From contig JAYWIR010000014.1 of the NCBI GenBank assembly GCA_036172245.1, positions 1,178,001 through 1,242,000 on the forward strand: a stretch of DNA of 64,000 nt, written 5' to 3'. Origin of the DNA: Raillietiella orientalis. Taxonomy: Eukaryota. The translations under genes were made by a program, and so were the position numbers. The notes beneath the pieces were generated by a model, which worked only from the letters and a program-made list of their open reading frames with translations, was not told the DNA's origin and did no database searches. Position 1 is the stretch's first letter; each line of letters opens with the position of its first letter. Shown piece after piece: positions 24,201-38,202 of the stretch.

Positions 24201-26787
24201 GAATCTCATGAGCGCGTGAGCTGTTGCGTGAGACAGGAAGCTGGCCAAAGCTGCTCGCAGCATCGCTAGCATCTTTGGCCACAGGAGAACGATGCTCTCT
24301 CAAGGAACACGTGCTCCCTTTTTGTGGGTGCTGCTCAGTAGCCGGAAAGTTCATTTTCGTTCGATTCGTTCAGCTATTTCGTGCCGACGACCTCGCAGAT
24401 TTCCAATCTGAAATGCTGGTTTCATTCATATCAGAAGTTGTTGTGGAGAGACATGATGCATCTTTCCCGACATGGGTACCAGAATGGGTACTTGCATTCA
24501 ACTAACCAGGATCACTTTCCTCAAATGATGATGCAGTGTGGTTCTTATCTGTTAATGAACGACTATTGAATTTCTCTGTTCAGATAAATGACCAATGAAT
24601 CATCTCTCTACTTGTGGTCCAGAACTCCAGAACTATAAATAAAATCAAGCAAACGCAGTCGAGATTAGGATGTGGCTGCTTCTCTAATGAGCGCGCAGCT
24701 GATGACCAGAGGCACATAGCAAACTTCGAGATGGGCGGGAAACAACGTGATGAGAAGATATCTCAACATCTCTCATGTTCAAGGCCTCCTGACGGTCTTC
24801 TGGTTTCTTGGCAGTGCGAAGCGGAGTTGATTATCGAAACGTGCGTCTCACAGGCAGACTGTTTGTCAGGAGAGGAGAACGCGAGCAAAGTTCCTGAGGA
24901 AGAATGCCGATCTCCTGGATTACACGAACTCACCCGGTAAAAGCGCGCTTCTTTGAAAATCTGCCTTCTCTCAGGCGTTCTCCATGTCTTTGTCGCTGAA
25001 GGAGTTCGTGCTCAAAAACAACGATCCATGACAAGCGCTGACTATTCCCAACTGTTTAAAAAAGCCTGCAGCAGCTGCCTGAAGATTATAATCATTACGA
25101 TCATAATAGCATCGGTTTGGCAAACACTGGTGTTTCGCAGATTTCGAGTTCAAATCACCGAGCTTTGTGATCTGCAACCCTGAATCATCTGCTCTTATGA
25201 CAATCCGAGGAATGAGATCCACAGGCAGTATCCTGATATATCCTTCCACTTCAAACTGAGCAAAAAACAATGAAAATTTTGAAAATGGGCGAGCTTCATT
25301 GGGTAAGCCATGCCAGATTTACTGGATCTTCCTGTGAAAAAAGCAAAACCCTAGGTTAGAACCAAAATCCTGTTAAGGTCTCGAACGCAACAGTCATGAT
25401 TTTCGGACTTTGATCACTCTATATTTCGGAAGGAGCAGATCTAATGGACGGCGACCATGCTGATCTCCGAAGATTTCTTTCTTTTTTTTTTGCAGGCATC
25501 TGAGGGACTTTTTGGGGTCACTAGTTTGGAAGCACTCTGTCTAGGAGCAGTTCTTTAGCCGAGATCAATCAAACGGATACTTTCTCCTACTTCCTAGAAG
25601 AAGATTGGCGTGTATGAAAAGGTGAGTTTTAAAAAAAGGCCAGTGGGAAATCCAGCATTTTCGCGTTGAGCTGGGAAGCGATCGATGTCTCTTGAAGGCG
25701 GAACAAAGAGTAGCAGCAAGAGTCTTGCTTTCCTTGAATTTGCCCCAGGAGGATCCAAATACAGTCCACGGTTTCTAATAATTTTGCGTGTGGCCTTATG
25801 TAAGGTCACTGGAACAGTCACATGGCTCAGAGGGTGATTAGGGACTTCTGGCACAGGAAGTAAAAGCTCGAAATTTTTCGGAAAAAAAACAACGCCCCTT
25901 CCGCAATGACAAAAGTTAGTGATAAGTTGCTAGCTTCCGTAAGGATAATCGTCAAAGTGCAGTTCCCGTTTGCCAACGTACCTTGTTCTCTCCTTGCCTT
26001 TCTTTTCGAAATCTCAGATGTGGACAAGGTTATCTCTCAGCACGATTGCTTCTCTTGCAGCACGCAAGTAGAAGTTTGGTATTAAGATTTCCTTGTCCCG
26101 TTTTTTGGACAGTGGTTTCGTCTCGATAGCTTAGAGCTCCAGAAATTCGTGCGATGGAGTTAGGCAGGTGTTGAAACCATCTGTATATCCGGTCACAGCA
26201 AGCATTCATTTCCTCATCCTCCTGTGCAAAGGCGAAGTCTGGATTTAATCTTCAGGCTGTCAACAGGAGGAAACACAGAAATCGCAATTCTCCGAAGGTG
26301 GTTTCGAAATCGTTTCGTTCATGCTAATCTCTGCGGTTGGTGAGATACACAGAGACGGGAGGATGGGTTGTCTGGTTGTTAGTCAAGGCAAAATAGCAGT
26401 CAGAGTTATTCTTGGAGAGAGATCACGGCTGCTGATAACAGGTGCATCAGTGAGTTACGAATAGGGATTAACCAAAATGAGCCATCAACCAGAAATGATC
26501 ATTAAATGAAATCAGTAGCACTTTTTCGAAATTGGGTCCAAAGCTTAAATGTAAAAGTGTTTTTCAGGTGCTTCCGCTCCTGCTAGAAGACCGCCTCACA
26601 ATGACGCCATCATCTCTACTAGATAGTCAGATGAATTAGGAAATCCAAAAAAAAGAAAATGTAGTGGACTAATGAAAAGAGACAGGTTCCTGTTGGACAG
26701 GCATTTTCATCCCTGGAGAAGAAAAAAAAATCAAGAAAATCTAGTGAAAGTGATCCAGGACTTTCCAATTTTTAATCATCATCAAAG

Positions 26788-26865
26788 TTCTTGGGAGCAA
26801 AGTTTTCTAAAGAAGCGAGGAGGTACAAAATATCTCCTCGCTACTTTAGGAACTCTCCTACAGAA
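26788..26865 (+). ncRNA. Pre-miRNA-like foldback, no family recognised
   Basis: Core arms 26807-26825 and 26831-26849 pair over 19 positions with one mismatch and one G:U; loop CAAAA; pairing extends outward with bulges. Confidence 0.3.
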
Positions 26866-29800
26866 ACAAAGTCCTCTTCTTAAACACTCCTAAGATCTCG
26901 TTATGAGGATGCCATAATTATTCTTCATCATCATTAATCAACATCCATTCCAAATCGTTGTTCAGTTTCTGGAGCTGTAAATGAGTAAATTTGGAGAATG
27001 AGAATTAATGGAGAGCTCTCTATACTCCTCCTATAATACACTCCTTCTGGTTCGAGGTTATGCTACTTAAAGAAGACACTCCGCGGGTCCCTGAGATGAG
27101 ATTACATTCTCTGAAATGAGATGCCTGTTTTACTGAAGCTTCCATCCATCAAGAATCTCCACAGCGAATAACTTACGATGAAGCTTCCAACAAGGTCAAG
27201 CAGGATATGTGCTCTTGCTAACTTGTGGGGTGAGCTCTATTTTTTTCTACCTTCGTTTTCTGGCTTGGAATTTCCACTATGTGTGTCGTTCCATGAAAGT
27301 CTTCCATATGTTCTCTTCATCCCTCGCGTGTTCCACTGATCTTTTTTGATGGGTTGCAGCCATGCTTAGATCTCAATTCATCAAGGTGGATACGAGGAAT
27401 ATCCGAGCAAGCTCGGTGCTGCAGCTCTTCAGAGAAGATCCAGAGATGTTAAAAATTTTCTTTCTTCCTCTTTTTCCACTTGAATATTGAATACCTCGTT
27501 CTTCTGGCAGGAGAATGAGATGCATGCATCTCATCTTCCTGGTTCCTTTTCAAAGATATGGCCAAATCTGTGGAAAGCCATCTCACAAATTTATGGCCTC
27601 ATTCGTCCCAAAACGAAGTTTTCCAAATTTGAAGGAGAATTTCCTCCTTCTAAAGAGAAAATTCTACACAGCACATCGGAACGTACAGAAGGATGGGAGC
27701 CATGGTAGGAAGATGGGAACTGAACACGAGGGACGTGAAAATAGACTTGTTTCAGAAAGCTCATCTAGAAAGCAAAAGGAGGAGCTAATTGGTTCTTGGT
27801 TCGAGAAAACACAAGCACAGCGCTTGATGAAGTTAATCGAGAAGTTCTGTGAATTCTGGAGGTGTTACAGGCAGCCAAATGTTTGCTCACCGGGCTACAG
27901 TCTGATCTGGTCCCGCAAAGATAACTCTGGATAACACAGGATATCTTTAGCTCTTTTGGAAATATTATAGCGGAGAAAGGTCCGAGAAAGGAAGGAATGT
28001 CTTTCCTCTTGTCTGACACTAAGCTTCAAATCACGGTGAAGGCTCTGGTGGTTGGTTCCTTTAGATGCTGCTATCTTCTCAATAAGGAAGTCTGAAATGA
28101 TTTCCAACTCCCTTTGTTTCAGATGGGATGCGGAGTCTGATGGTTGCTGTGAATGCCAGATCCCGAAGGGGTATTCATTCTATTCCACAGGATGGTTTAG
28201 TCATCCTTTCGGTGGGCATACTCGACAGCTTCTTGTGCTCCTACAGGAAGGCACTACATGGAAGGCACAGGTTGCTGGAAGGCCACCATGATGTCAAAGT
28301 GCACAGAACATTCACTGTCTTTACTAGTTCTTCTCGTGTCCAGATTTGTCTTCATGAGAAAAGGGATGGTCCGCGATGGGTGTCCAACACAGATTCAAGA
28401 GTGGGATGTGTTCCGTGTTTTTGTACCCGATTGCGCCGAGACATTTATTTTAAAATAAATAAATTACAAGGCAGGCACAAAAAAAAAGCCCACTGGGATG
28501 ACCACCAGCTTTCAGGCCGGCTTCTAAGAAGCCAGGAGCGAAAGGGAAAGAACAGTAAATAAAGTAAAAAAAGGGGGAGGGTAGGAGTCTTTGGCTTCAG
28601 CTGCTCCTTTCTTTCTAGAGATGGTGCTAAATTCTGGCGACTTCTTCTTGCAGGTGAAACCACCTCATAGCCATCCTCATCAAGGCACCTGCCATTCGGG
28701 TAGCTTCCCTTCGCTGCTAACGAGACTCCATCAAGAAGCAGTCTGCTACGATGTCGCGGATGCAACGTCTCGTTGCAGTCACGGCGGGCTGACTGCAGGT
28801 GCGTGAAAAGTATCGCCGCAGCAGGTCCAAACTGATGCCCTACGGGTGGCAAAACGCCGAAGCCAAATGTCCGCGAGTGCGCCGCAGTCCAACAAGAGAT
28901 GAAGGAACGATTCAATTGTGCCACACCTCAAACAGTTCGAGGAGGCAACTCCCCCGGAAAGCAGGCGTCTGCGCTGATTGCACTCGAATCTCCAGTGCAC
29001 AAACAGCCAAACGTCCCGTTTCCAGCGGAGTGGGAACACGGAGGTATCCGCACACAGGGAAGGGACCACGGGTTCTTCGGGAGGCGCACCAAGCAGGCCG
29101 CTCCAGCGGAGGAGTCCCTTCGCCCAGAAACGAGGAGTGACGGCTACACGAGCCCGCTAGTCTTGCAGCCGTCAGAGAGTTTCTCGACTCCCGCAATTTT
29201 GCGGAAGAACTCCCATCCTGCCGGTGGACTGTTGTCGTTTTTTCCTTGAGGGCAGACAGTGCTGCGGCAAGGGGCAAGACAACCATTGCTGCGTCCAGTC
29301 CTGCAGGATATCTCCTAGTGATTTGCATAGGAGTTTCCGCAGAGGACGGAGTTACTCTGGGCGCACGTCCAAAGTAGCAAGTCAGGACTCGAGCGCTTCC
29401 TGCCTCCAGGCAGAACTAAGGTTCTGGGGAAGGCTGGAGATCCATGTTCCATGTTGAGGGGAGGGAGGTTTTCGTCCAGCAGGTTCACCTCGGCAGCTCG
29501 AAACCAAGCCCACAGCGTTTTCTATCGGCACTGGTTTTTTTTTTGCTATCAGGCCAATTCCTCCAGCTGGATTATCGGGGCTGCAGGGGTCTACAGATCG
29601 GTCTCGATTTTTTCCTGGAGACTCGATCATGAAGATCTGTGCAGTTTTCTAGGAGGGTCTCCTGGACGGTGCTCTCAATGGATGCTCTGGCTGTGCTAAA
29701 TGCTGAACGATACCACTGACCTACCGGGATGATTCGGATAGGTTCTCAAAATTTCCAGCTCTTTCTGAGTGGTTACCTGTTCACCTTACCCACAGAACAC

Positions 29801-32800
29801 TACAGCAGTTTGATTTCCTATGGTTTGTGAGGATGCAGAACATGCATCTTTTTCTTGCTCACTTCGTGTCCTAGTGCTTCTGAGAAATCTTCATGCCTCC
29901 ATGCCTTCTAGACGCTCGTTACAGATTTCCAAGAGCAGAATCTCTCTGCATTGCAACTTCCACTCACTTCCCAGATCACTGAGTGGCTACAGCGATCTGC
30001 TGTTCTGCTGCTTGCCAAGCAGGAAATCATTTCGTTGCTGAAGATGATGAAATTTGGCTTAAAGGAAGTCATGGAGCCCAGATGGTATTTGCCTGGGTTG
30101 TGCACAGCACACTGTGGGAGCGAACGCGAAATCGTTGCGTCCCATTCTGGAATTGAGACCGTGGAAGTTTCGCTCAAGCACTCCGTTTCTCGACCACGCC
30201 CGCAAGTCTCATTTGACTCATCCTTGCTCCGGTTTGGGTGCCTGTGTGGAGCTCGAAAGGGCGCTCCTCGTCTCTATGGCAACAGGGTCGCCACCGCGAT
30301 CACACTTCTTTCCGCGAAAAGAATCGTCTTCCTGCGGCCGCACCATAGGTGCTGCAGCGATCCTGAATTCATCTTGAATAGACCACGACGCTGCGTAAGG
30401 ACTCACGGAGTCTTGCCTGGCTCTTCTGTAAAAGCCCTGGGACTGCAGCTTCCTTCACGGACTTCCCTCGCAGAAAGGGTACTTCTTCCTGGGTCGAGGA
30501 ACGCTCCGCCACCCTCAAACGGCGGGACTGCGCCAGGTTGCTTCGATCAAGTGTCCCGATATCTTTCTGCTGTGTTCCCTATGGATCCATTATATCTTCT
30601 TCCTCAGTGCTTGCCCAATCGATGGCCTATCTTATCAACCGACTGTAAACACCACCCCTCGACATTCCTGCAATCCTCCTTTATCCCCGAGAAGCTCCTT
30701 ATCTTTATATCATGAAAATAAGGGGGCAGAATAGCAAAATTCCCAGATAGTCCACCAGCTCTTCAGTTCCAGCAAAAATGTATTTTCCGAAGCGCGCGCC
30801 GCGTCGTCTTCCCTTTCATTCCCTCTGCTCCGGAGATCCCCAAGCGATGGCGCAACAAATGGTGTCCTCCACATTCCTGTTATCTCGGAAGTCACTCTTC
30901 CCGCCTCGGGGACGGCTTGCCGGTGGTGTATCCGTAGAGCCCCCGCCGTAGGAGCCTAACTGCCGAGGAGAAGCGGGTCTCAAGATCCCCGCTCAGAGCT
31001 CCTCGGAGGAACTTCCCGGGAAGCGCGAGGGTGGAGGGGTTCGCTCGGGAACAGAGGCGGCGGCAATCTAGAGAATTGGTTCCCGCCGGCACCGCTGAGC
31101 CGCTCTGGCCCGCTGCTCACGCCGCCGCGTTGCCCTGCCCGACCGACGGAGCTCTTCCTGCCTTGCTGCCTACCGCGCGCAGGCGCCTCGCGGAGGACGG
31201 CCTGCAGGAGATGCAGCAGGAGGTGCTTCCGCGGCCGGAAGCGCAGGGAGAGCCACATCCCTGCTCCGAGATCCCCCTGCTGTCTGCAGTGCCCCCCACT
31301 TTCTTCAGGGGACCAGCCTCTTCTCCCTCCTTGTGTCGTTAACTCTCCTCCATCCCCGAGCGATCAACATGCTCAGCATCTGCTAAGAATCAAGATGTCT
31401 TCCATCGCTTAGCTATCGCGCATTTCGGGATGCGAACGGGATCGGGTTTCGGGAGCTCAGTGGTGCGAGAAAACAGCAGCGCTGACGCTTCCTCCCTCCC
31501 AATAGCCTCCAGTTGGCTCCGGATGCGCGCGGTTCGGAGTGGCGGAGCAGCCAGACGACGCTCCTTTGCGCGTTCCTCTCGCGGAGATGCTGCGCCGTTC
31601 AGAATATCTCCCGCTTCGCGCCTCCCGGCGGGGACGTCCTTCCCGAACGTGCGTACGCGTCTCGAGCGGCTGGACGCAGGCCGAGCGCGAGGAGGGATGG
31701 AAGGAGTGCACGCACTCCAGGGGCGGGATGTGCTCTCTCTCCCTTTCCGAGCCTCGGCTGCCTAGGATGCAGGAGAGACGTCGTGGGCACCTGGAGGAGC
31801 TCCGCCCTGGAGAGGAACCCGCGCTCCTGAAAGTCCATTCTGGTGACAGCGGGAAGATGCAGCTGGGGGACAGGGACACGGCGCTTCCTTCGAGCGAGGG
31901 CAGGACGCCTCGCAACGGGCGGCCTCTACACTTCAGAAGGGCGTGCAGTTCTCCCGAAGGGAAGCGCGTACGGGTCGTCAGGGTCGAGTCCGCGCCAAAA
32001 CCAAGGAGAGCCTCGTCGACCTCCAGGAGGCAGAGAGGCTATTTTCTCCCGACATGCTCCCCGGAGCAGGGGGTAACGTGACGCGCCTTAACCCGAAAAG
32101 ATTTCCAGGTTCGCTTCTTTGGGGAGGGGAAAAGGGAGGAGGATACGTTCGCGTCTGCTGCTGGCCATGCGCCTGCTCTTTGGGCTTCTCTTTGGGCCGC
32201 CTGCCGAAGCCCCGAGGGATCTTCCAATCAAAACGCAGCAGGAGGAAGAGGAGCAGGGAGGATATACGACGCGTTTCAATGCAAGGACGGAGCATCCCTT
32301 TCCGGAAGACACAAGTAAATAAATCACTCGTGTGGGAGGACACAGAAAAGCAGAGACAGCGACGCCAGTGGACCCCAGGAGTCCCCAGACGAAAGGCGGA
32401 GCGCAATATTCCGGTAAACCCTGAGTCGAAGAGATGACTCCTCGTGCCGCGAGCTCCCCTTCTTCCTTCTCTTCCCTCCCAAGCTGCTTCGAGGGCAAGG
32501 GTCAGTTCCCGATTGGGTCGTCGCTGGGGAAGAGGAACGCACCGCGTGCGAGTGCATGCGTCCGCCCTATCGGAAGGCAATGCCCGCGACTCCTCTTTCT
32601 CGGCTTCTTCCTGCCAGCCGCTCGGACACCGGTCGACCTTTGGCCGACCCTTGGGAAATCCCGATGTCCTTACCCTTCCTTCCCTATTCCTTCCCGCCTC
32701 CCTCCCTCCGTGGAAATTTCTTCTCCTTCCCCTCCCCCCTGGCTGGCAGTTCGCTGCCCTTGACATCCGAGACCCTGGAAACGCCGGGTCGCGTCGGTCA

Positions 32801-34947
32801 AGACGCGACCCCTTCTCGAACCCCAAGCTCCGATCCGCAGGGGCGCGAGTGAGCAGGCAGCCGTCTTCCGAGAGGAACCGACGTGGCTGCTCGGCGTTCC
32901 TTCTGCTGCTGCTCCTCCTCCCCCCTCCTCTTCAAATGAAGATTGATGGGCAGTGGCGCGCACGGACGCCGCCTCCGCCTGCAGCTCACTCGCGTCCCGG
33001 CCGCCTGAGACCATGCGACCGCCCCAGTTGAGGGCCAAGAGATCTCTCCACAAGGGCCTTCGGAAGAGGGGGGGGGGGGGGGAGAGTTCCAGGAATCTCC
33101 CCGCCTCGCGGTGGGACGCGCGGAAAAGGAAGTACATGCCAGCGCGCCTATGCGCGCGGGGGGAAGAGGACTGATGTTCCCAGGAAGGAATTCCTCCGCA
33201 CCACGTGCCAGCCGGGGCTCCCCCAGGTGCGTACTACCGGCTTCCCATGTTGCGAGAACTGGCTCAAGTGTTCCCGAAGGGACAAGGCAGACTGAGTCGC
33301 GCAGGCAGCACGCGCGAGGGGGATCTCCTTTCTGGGCTCCGCGTGGGAGGCGGGGAAACCTCTCCAGCAGGAGGCGAGGGAATCTGCGCCCGCTTCCGAG
33401 AGGAACGAGGGGAGGAGAGGGGAAGCGAGAGCCGGGGAAATTGCGAGCGGCCTGGGAGCGCGGAGAAAAAGACTCAGTAACCCCCAGTGACCTGGGGGCT
33501 CTCGCTGACCCTGCGACGGCCAAACTGCCGCCGCGGTGTCAGTGAGAACCCCTGATCCCTATGAGCCCCTCGGGCGTTTCACTTTGCTGGTGGACGGAGG
33601 GAAAAGCGGCAGGGCTACTCTGTCAAGGAGAGCAGCAGGTGCAGGTCACGAAGGACCTGACAGCGTCAGAGAGGTCTCAAGGCGTCCCCTCGCGAGGCGA
33701 CGATGGCAGAACGCCCTCAGATCTAGAAGATGCACGCAGGGAGGGGGCGGACGGAAGGGGAATGGAGGAGGAGCAATGGAAGGCGGAGGAGGAGTATGAA
33801 AAGGAATGAAGAAGAGGGGAAGACGATCCCTAGAAGGGAAACGGGGGAAGGGGAAGAAGCAGTGCAGCTTTTAGAAGCGCTCTGAGGCAGGCGCCTCTGA
33901 GCGCACCCTCCACCCTCTTCAGCCCTACCTGCGGCGGCGGCGGCTGCACTGGGAAGAGGGCCACAAAAGAATCCCTCACGAGCGAAAAGAGGCGGATGGA
34001 GAAGGGGAAGAGCGTGAACGCTAAGGCGAGACGTGGCGAGTTCTCCTAGAGGAACGGGAACAGTCCCCCGCACCCCGGAGGATCGATCTGTTCTCTGCTC
34101 TGGAAGGAGAGTTTCCCTGGGCCACGCTGCGCTTGCTCCCTTTCAACGATTACGTCCATTCCCGTTTTCTTGAATGGAGTTAGAGCATTAGATGCTAGGG
34201 AACGGAGCCCAAAAGGGCGTGGAGGTGAGTTAGGGGCAGCTGCTATCCACAGAAGGTCCTTTTTTCCTCCTTCCTTTCTGGGATACTGCAGGGTCCTTGC
34301 CCCATCAACAGAAGCGGAACAAGTGGCCTTCTTGAATGGCTAACTGCCTCCTAGAGAGCGTCTTGCTCGGAGCTCCAAGGAAACCTTTCAGGAACCTCAT
34401 CCCTGCTTCCCTCTATCCCCCATTCCAAGCCGCGCTCTGGCGTCCTGTTTCTCTCCGTCTCGCTCCCATTTCCTTGGAATTCGTTGACAGGGAAGAGGAG
34501 ACTCAGAAAAGCTGAGTTCCACGATCGTCCCTTTTTTTTCTTTCTTCCTTTCCCACGCCCTCGCGTCACGCGATCCAGGCGGGTGGAACAATGCAGGACC
34601 GTCGACCCTCATCGTCCCATTCGGAGAAGAACCCTCTGGGCGCTCGCTTCCCCTGCAAGAGGGCGGACGTTTCCATCGCAGGCTTCCTTCACCTCGCTTT
34701 TCTTCGCTGATCCACCTCCTTCCCCGTCTTCTTCTTCCCAGGGGGCAGCAGGACCACCCTCTCCTTCCCGCTCCCCTTCCTTTTCCTGCCAGAAGAAGAG
34801 GACCTTCCTCAGACGACCCTAGTCCGAGTCTCCCGGAAAAGGCCGAGTCAGGGGTTGTTGAGGCGGTTGGTCAACTGCCGTTCGGGACGCCCCGAGAGCA
34901 GCGCACGCCATCGTGTGCTAATCGAGGAGCTCAGAGCGCGTGCTGCG

Positions 34948-34995
34948 CGGTGAGCATGCGGGCGCTAGCGCGTGCTCGCACCCGCATGCTCGCTG
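34948..34995. repeat. 48-nt imperfect palindrome
   Basis: Arms 34948-34971 and 34972-34995 include an 11-bp perfect GAGCATGCGGG/CCCGCATGCTC core, three G:U pairs and two mismatches. Confidence 0.8.
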
Positions 34996-37900
34996 GAGCC
35001 GTCGCGTGCGCGCGCGCGAAGGCGAGCTGCTCCCTGTGATCTCTGGGCCGCCGCTGCCGCCTTGCCTTCGGCACCACTGAGGGCTGAGGTAGCCGGCGGA
35101 TGGAACGCAATGCCGGCTCCAAATCGCGTCCCCTGGTAGAGCCGGAGCGCAACTCAAGGCAAGCTGCGTGGGGAAAGGTGCTGGTTAGGAGGAGGTCATA
35201 CGTGCCCTCACGACCTGGTTTCTTCGACGCGGAAATCCCTCAACCTCTAGAGTCCCACCCTCTCCGCGGATCGCTCCCTGATTCTTCCCATTCCAAATAC
35301 CTCTGCACTCCGGGAAAGCCCCGGGCACTTAGAGTTCGAAGTGGCCACGGTTGGGTTACTTTTCTTCATCCTGCTGGAGTGCGGGGGAGAACGCCAAGGG
35401 CTTCTCATCAACGAGACCACTGTTCAGGGACTGCGCCCACAACCTGGGACTGAGGCATTCCAGGTTTTCCTCTAGATTTTTCTCTCTGGGAGCACCTCCA
35501 CAGAGAAAGAGCGGCAGTCTCCATCGAGCTTGGCGGGGTGTAGGGGGAGGATTGAGACTCACCAAGTCCTACCTCCCTCTTCTCCCCGTCTCTCGAAAGT
35601 TCTTTCTCTCAAGAAGCGATGGAAAAGTCTTACAGGTCCGGGGCTGTAGAAATCGGAATACCCACGGAAGAGCGACGGAGTGGTATGGAAGGAGAGATAC
35701 TGGAGGGAAGGTCTCGGAGACGCGATTCAACATCGCGCTACTGGGGACCTTCGGGATCCCTTGCCGCAGAAGCAGGAGCACTTGCTATCCTGGGAAGAGT
35801 CCTCGGGAAGCGCCAAGTGTGCTTCGGATAGACCGAGGACTCCCTTTCTGGAATGCCCTCGCTGCGAGAGATGAGGGTGGTGGGAGAGCACTGCCTCCGG
35901 CTCCGCCACGGAAGCTGCTTCCTTTCTGACATGCGCTAGGTGAGGGGATGGTGGCGGTGTGGGTTCGCCGGCGCACCACCCCAGTTGGAAGGCGGACTTT
36001 GAGGATGGTCAAAGATGTGGCGATGCTTTCCGAGGGACTCCTGCTCAAGAGGGAGCACCGGCACGAGAAGGAGCAAGGAAGCAGAGGAAAGCCCGTGAGT
36101 AATACAAAGGACAGTGAGGACGTCGTTTCCGGACTCGCTGACCGCTTCCTCGCAAGAAAAACAATCGCTCGGTCGTTTCCCCCCCTCCTCTCTTCTTTTG
36201 GAGGAGTTGGGTGCGCCAGAAAACTCCCCTGTCATTTCTCTGGCAGCCCTTCCCCGCCCTTGGAGGTGGAAGCTCTGCTGACCCTCAGCCCTTCCTCCTC
36301 CCGCATGCCGACGGCATACCGAGTAATTCCTGGAGCCCACGCTCTCCAAAACTGCGTGAGCAAACTCGCAGAGAAGAGGGCCACCCTGTTCCGGCACTGT
36401 GACCCATGACCTGGTCAAGAAGTGCTACTGCTGAAGTCCCTCTTCGTGGAGCATAAATTCTCTTTCCGCGATCTCTAAGGCATCGAAGAGCTCTCGTCCT
36501 TGGCCGCCTTCTTGTTCCGCCCTCCCTTCCCAGGTTCTCTCCTTCCGGTCGCTGACCAATCCGTCCAGGGTTGCCCACGCAAAATCGGTCCGCTGGCCGC
36601 TGCAGGGCGACGAGAAAGGTGACGCTGCTGTTCTTGCCAGCACGACTCCTGGCTCCGGTTAGGGTCAGTCGTTGCTGCAGGCGTCTCCGAGATAGCCGGC
36701 AGAATCTTCATCTGGGATAGTCCCGATGGACCTGCCTTTCTGCCCGTCCTCCGATACGGCTGCTCATCCCAAGCGAGGCACCTCTTGTGTTCCCCACGAG
36801 GGCGCTGCATCTCCGAGGACAGTGAGTCTGCCGATGCCGGAGAGGAGCGGCGCGATCTTCTAGCTGATGCAACGTCCCCACTTCAGGACTGCTAGGATCT
36901 TAGACTTCATCAGGAAAAGCTTGTTGCACTGGACACAGCGCTCTTCTCTGTGTGCTTGCAGTTTACTTCCTGCTGCATACGGCACAGATGTTCCGTCTCA
37001 GGATGTCTCCATGCGGTGCCAGACAACCCGGCGTCTCCGGGTCCACTGGTTTCCTCGGGTAGCAGACGTGGGTTCTGCTGCCAATCACTCCACCTGCCTG
37101 CAAATGGGTGATCCGCATCCCTCGCATTCTTTTCTGTTTCCTCTTTTCTTCGTCTCTCCACTGCACCCTGCCCCCTCCTTCTGTCTCCCAAGGTTCTTCT
37201 GTCCCCTGCGGAAAGAGTAGCGAGATGCGAATCACCATGGAAAGTCGGCGCACGCCACTTCCTACCGATAGTTCACCGATGCGCTCACAAATGTTCGCGC
37301 GCAGGATGCACGGCACTGGAGGGTCGCACTGTCAGCACGTCGGACTTTCATCCCAACATACGAAAGGCAGCACTGATAGAGAAAGTCTGGAGACTGATTT
37401 TTTCCTCTCCCGTGGCGCGGCGCTCTCTCTTTCTTTTTGCCTCGTTTGCAAATCGGCGCGCTTCACGTGGCTCTCGTGAGGCAGCCTAGAACCACTGAGG
37501 GCTCAGTTCGGTCTTCGAGGCACTTCTGCCATGGACCCCGCTCTCGAAACCGGACCTGACACACGTGAGCATCGCCGCCTCCTTGTGCGCGAGCGCGCGC
37601 GCCTCGCAGTCGCATCAGCTCCATTCGCTTCAGCTTCCCTGCTGCTGTTGCTCGCATTGTGCTTCGCTCTCAAAAGACTTGGCAAGGCAACGCGGAACGG
37701 TTCAGACTCCGCGCAGAGTGCCGTTCCCTATCCGCATCCGAATATCGCTCCCCATCGTGACACGAACGAGTCGCCTTTGATGTGCCTCCCGTTGCCGAAA
37801 GCGTTTCCCAGACCAGGATGTCGCTACCGCCGCTTCAGCACAGACCGTAAATCGCTCCCTTCGCGTATTTTTCGATTCTTTTAATCCTGCGAAAACTCAG

Positions 37901-38202
37901 CGTGCAGCAGGAATCCGATCCTCGCCTCTCTGATTCTGGGTTCGCTCCAGGGACACGTGTGCGCGTGGCTGCTACAATGTCTGAAGGCGAAGTGTCGAGT
38001 GCATCCTTGAATCCCGATCTCAGTCCTTTGACCACCACAAGAAGATTTGATTCGCCTCCCATTCCGTTAACCCCCTTCCCTTCCAGAATCAGGAGGCCCC
38101 CACAAAACATGACCTTGCGACGACCTCTGGCACGCGATGAGCGCAGCTCCTTTTGTTCTTGCTTCTCTTGAGAAGTTACTGAGGTAACCAACTGCGTGCA
38201 AC

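Noticed and set aside
31430..33545. Stack of overlapping 150-280-aa ORFs on both strands
   Set aside because: GC-rich shadow ORFs; no family features and no preferred frame.
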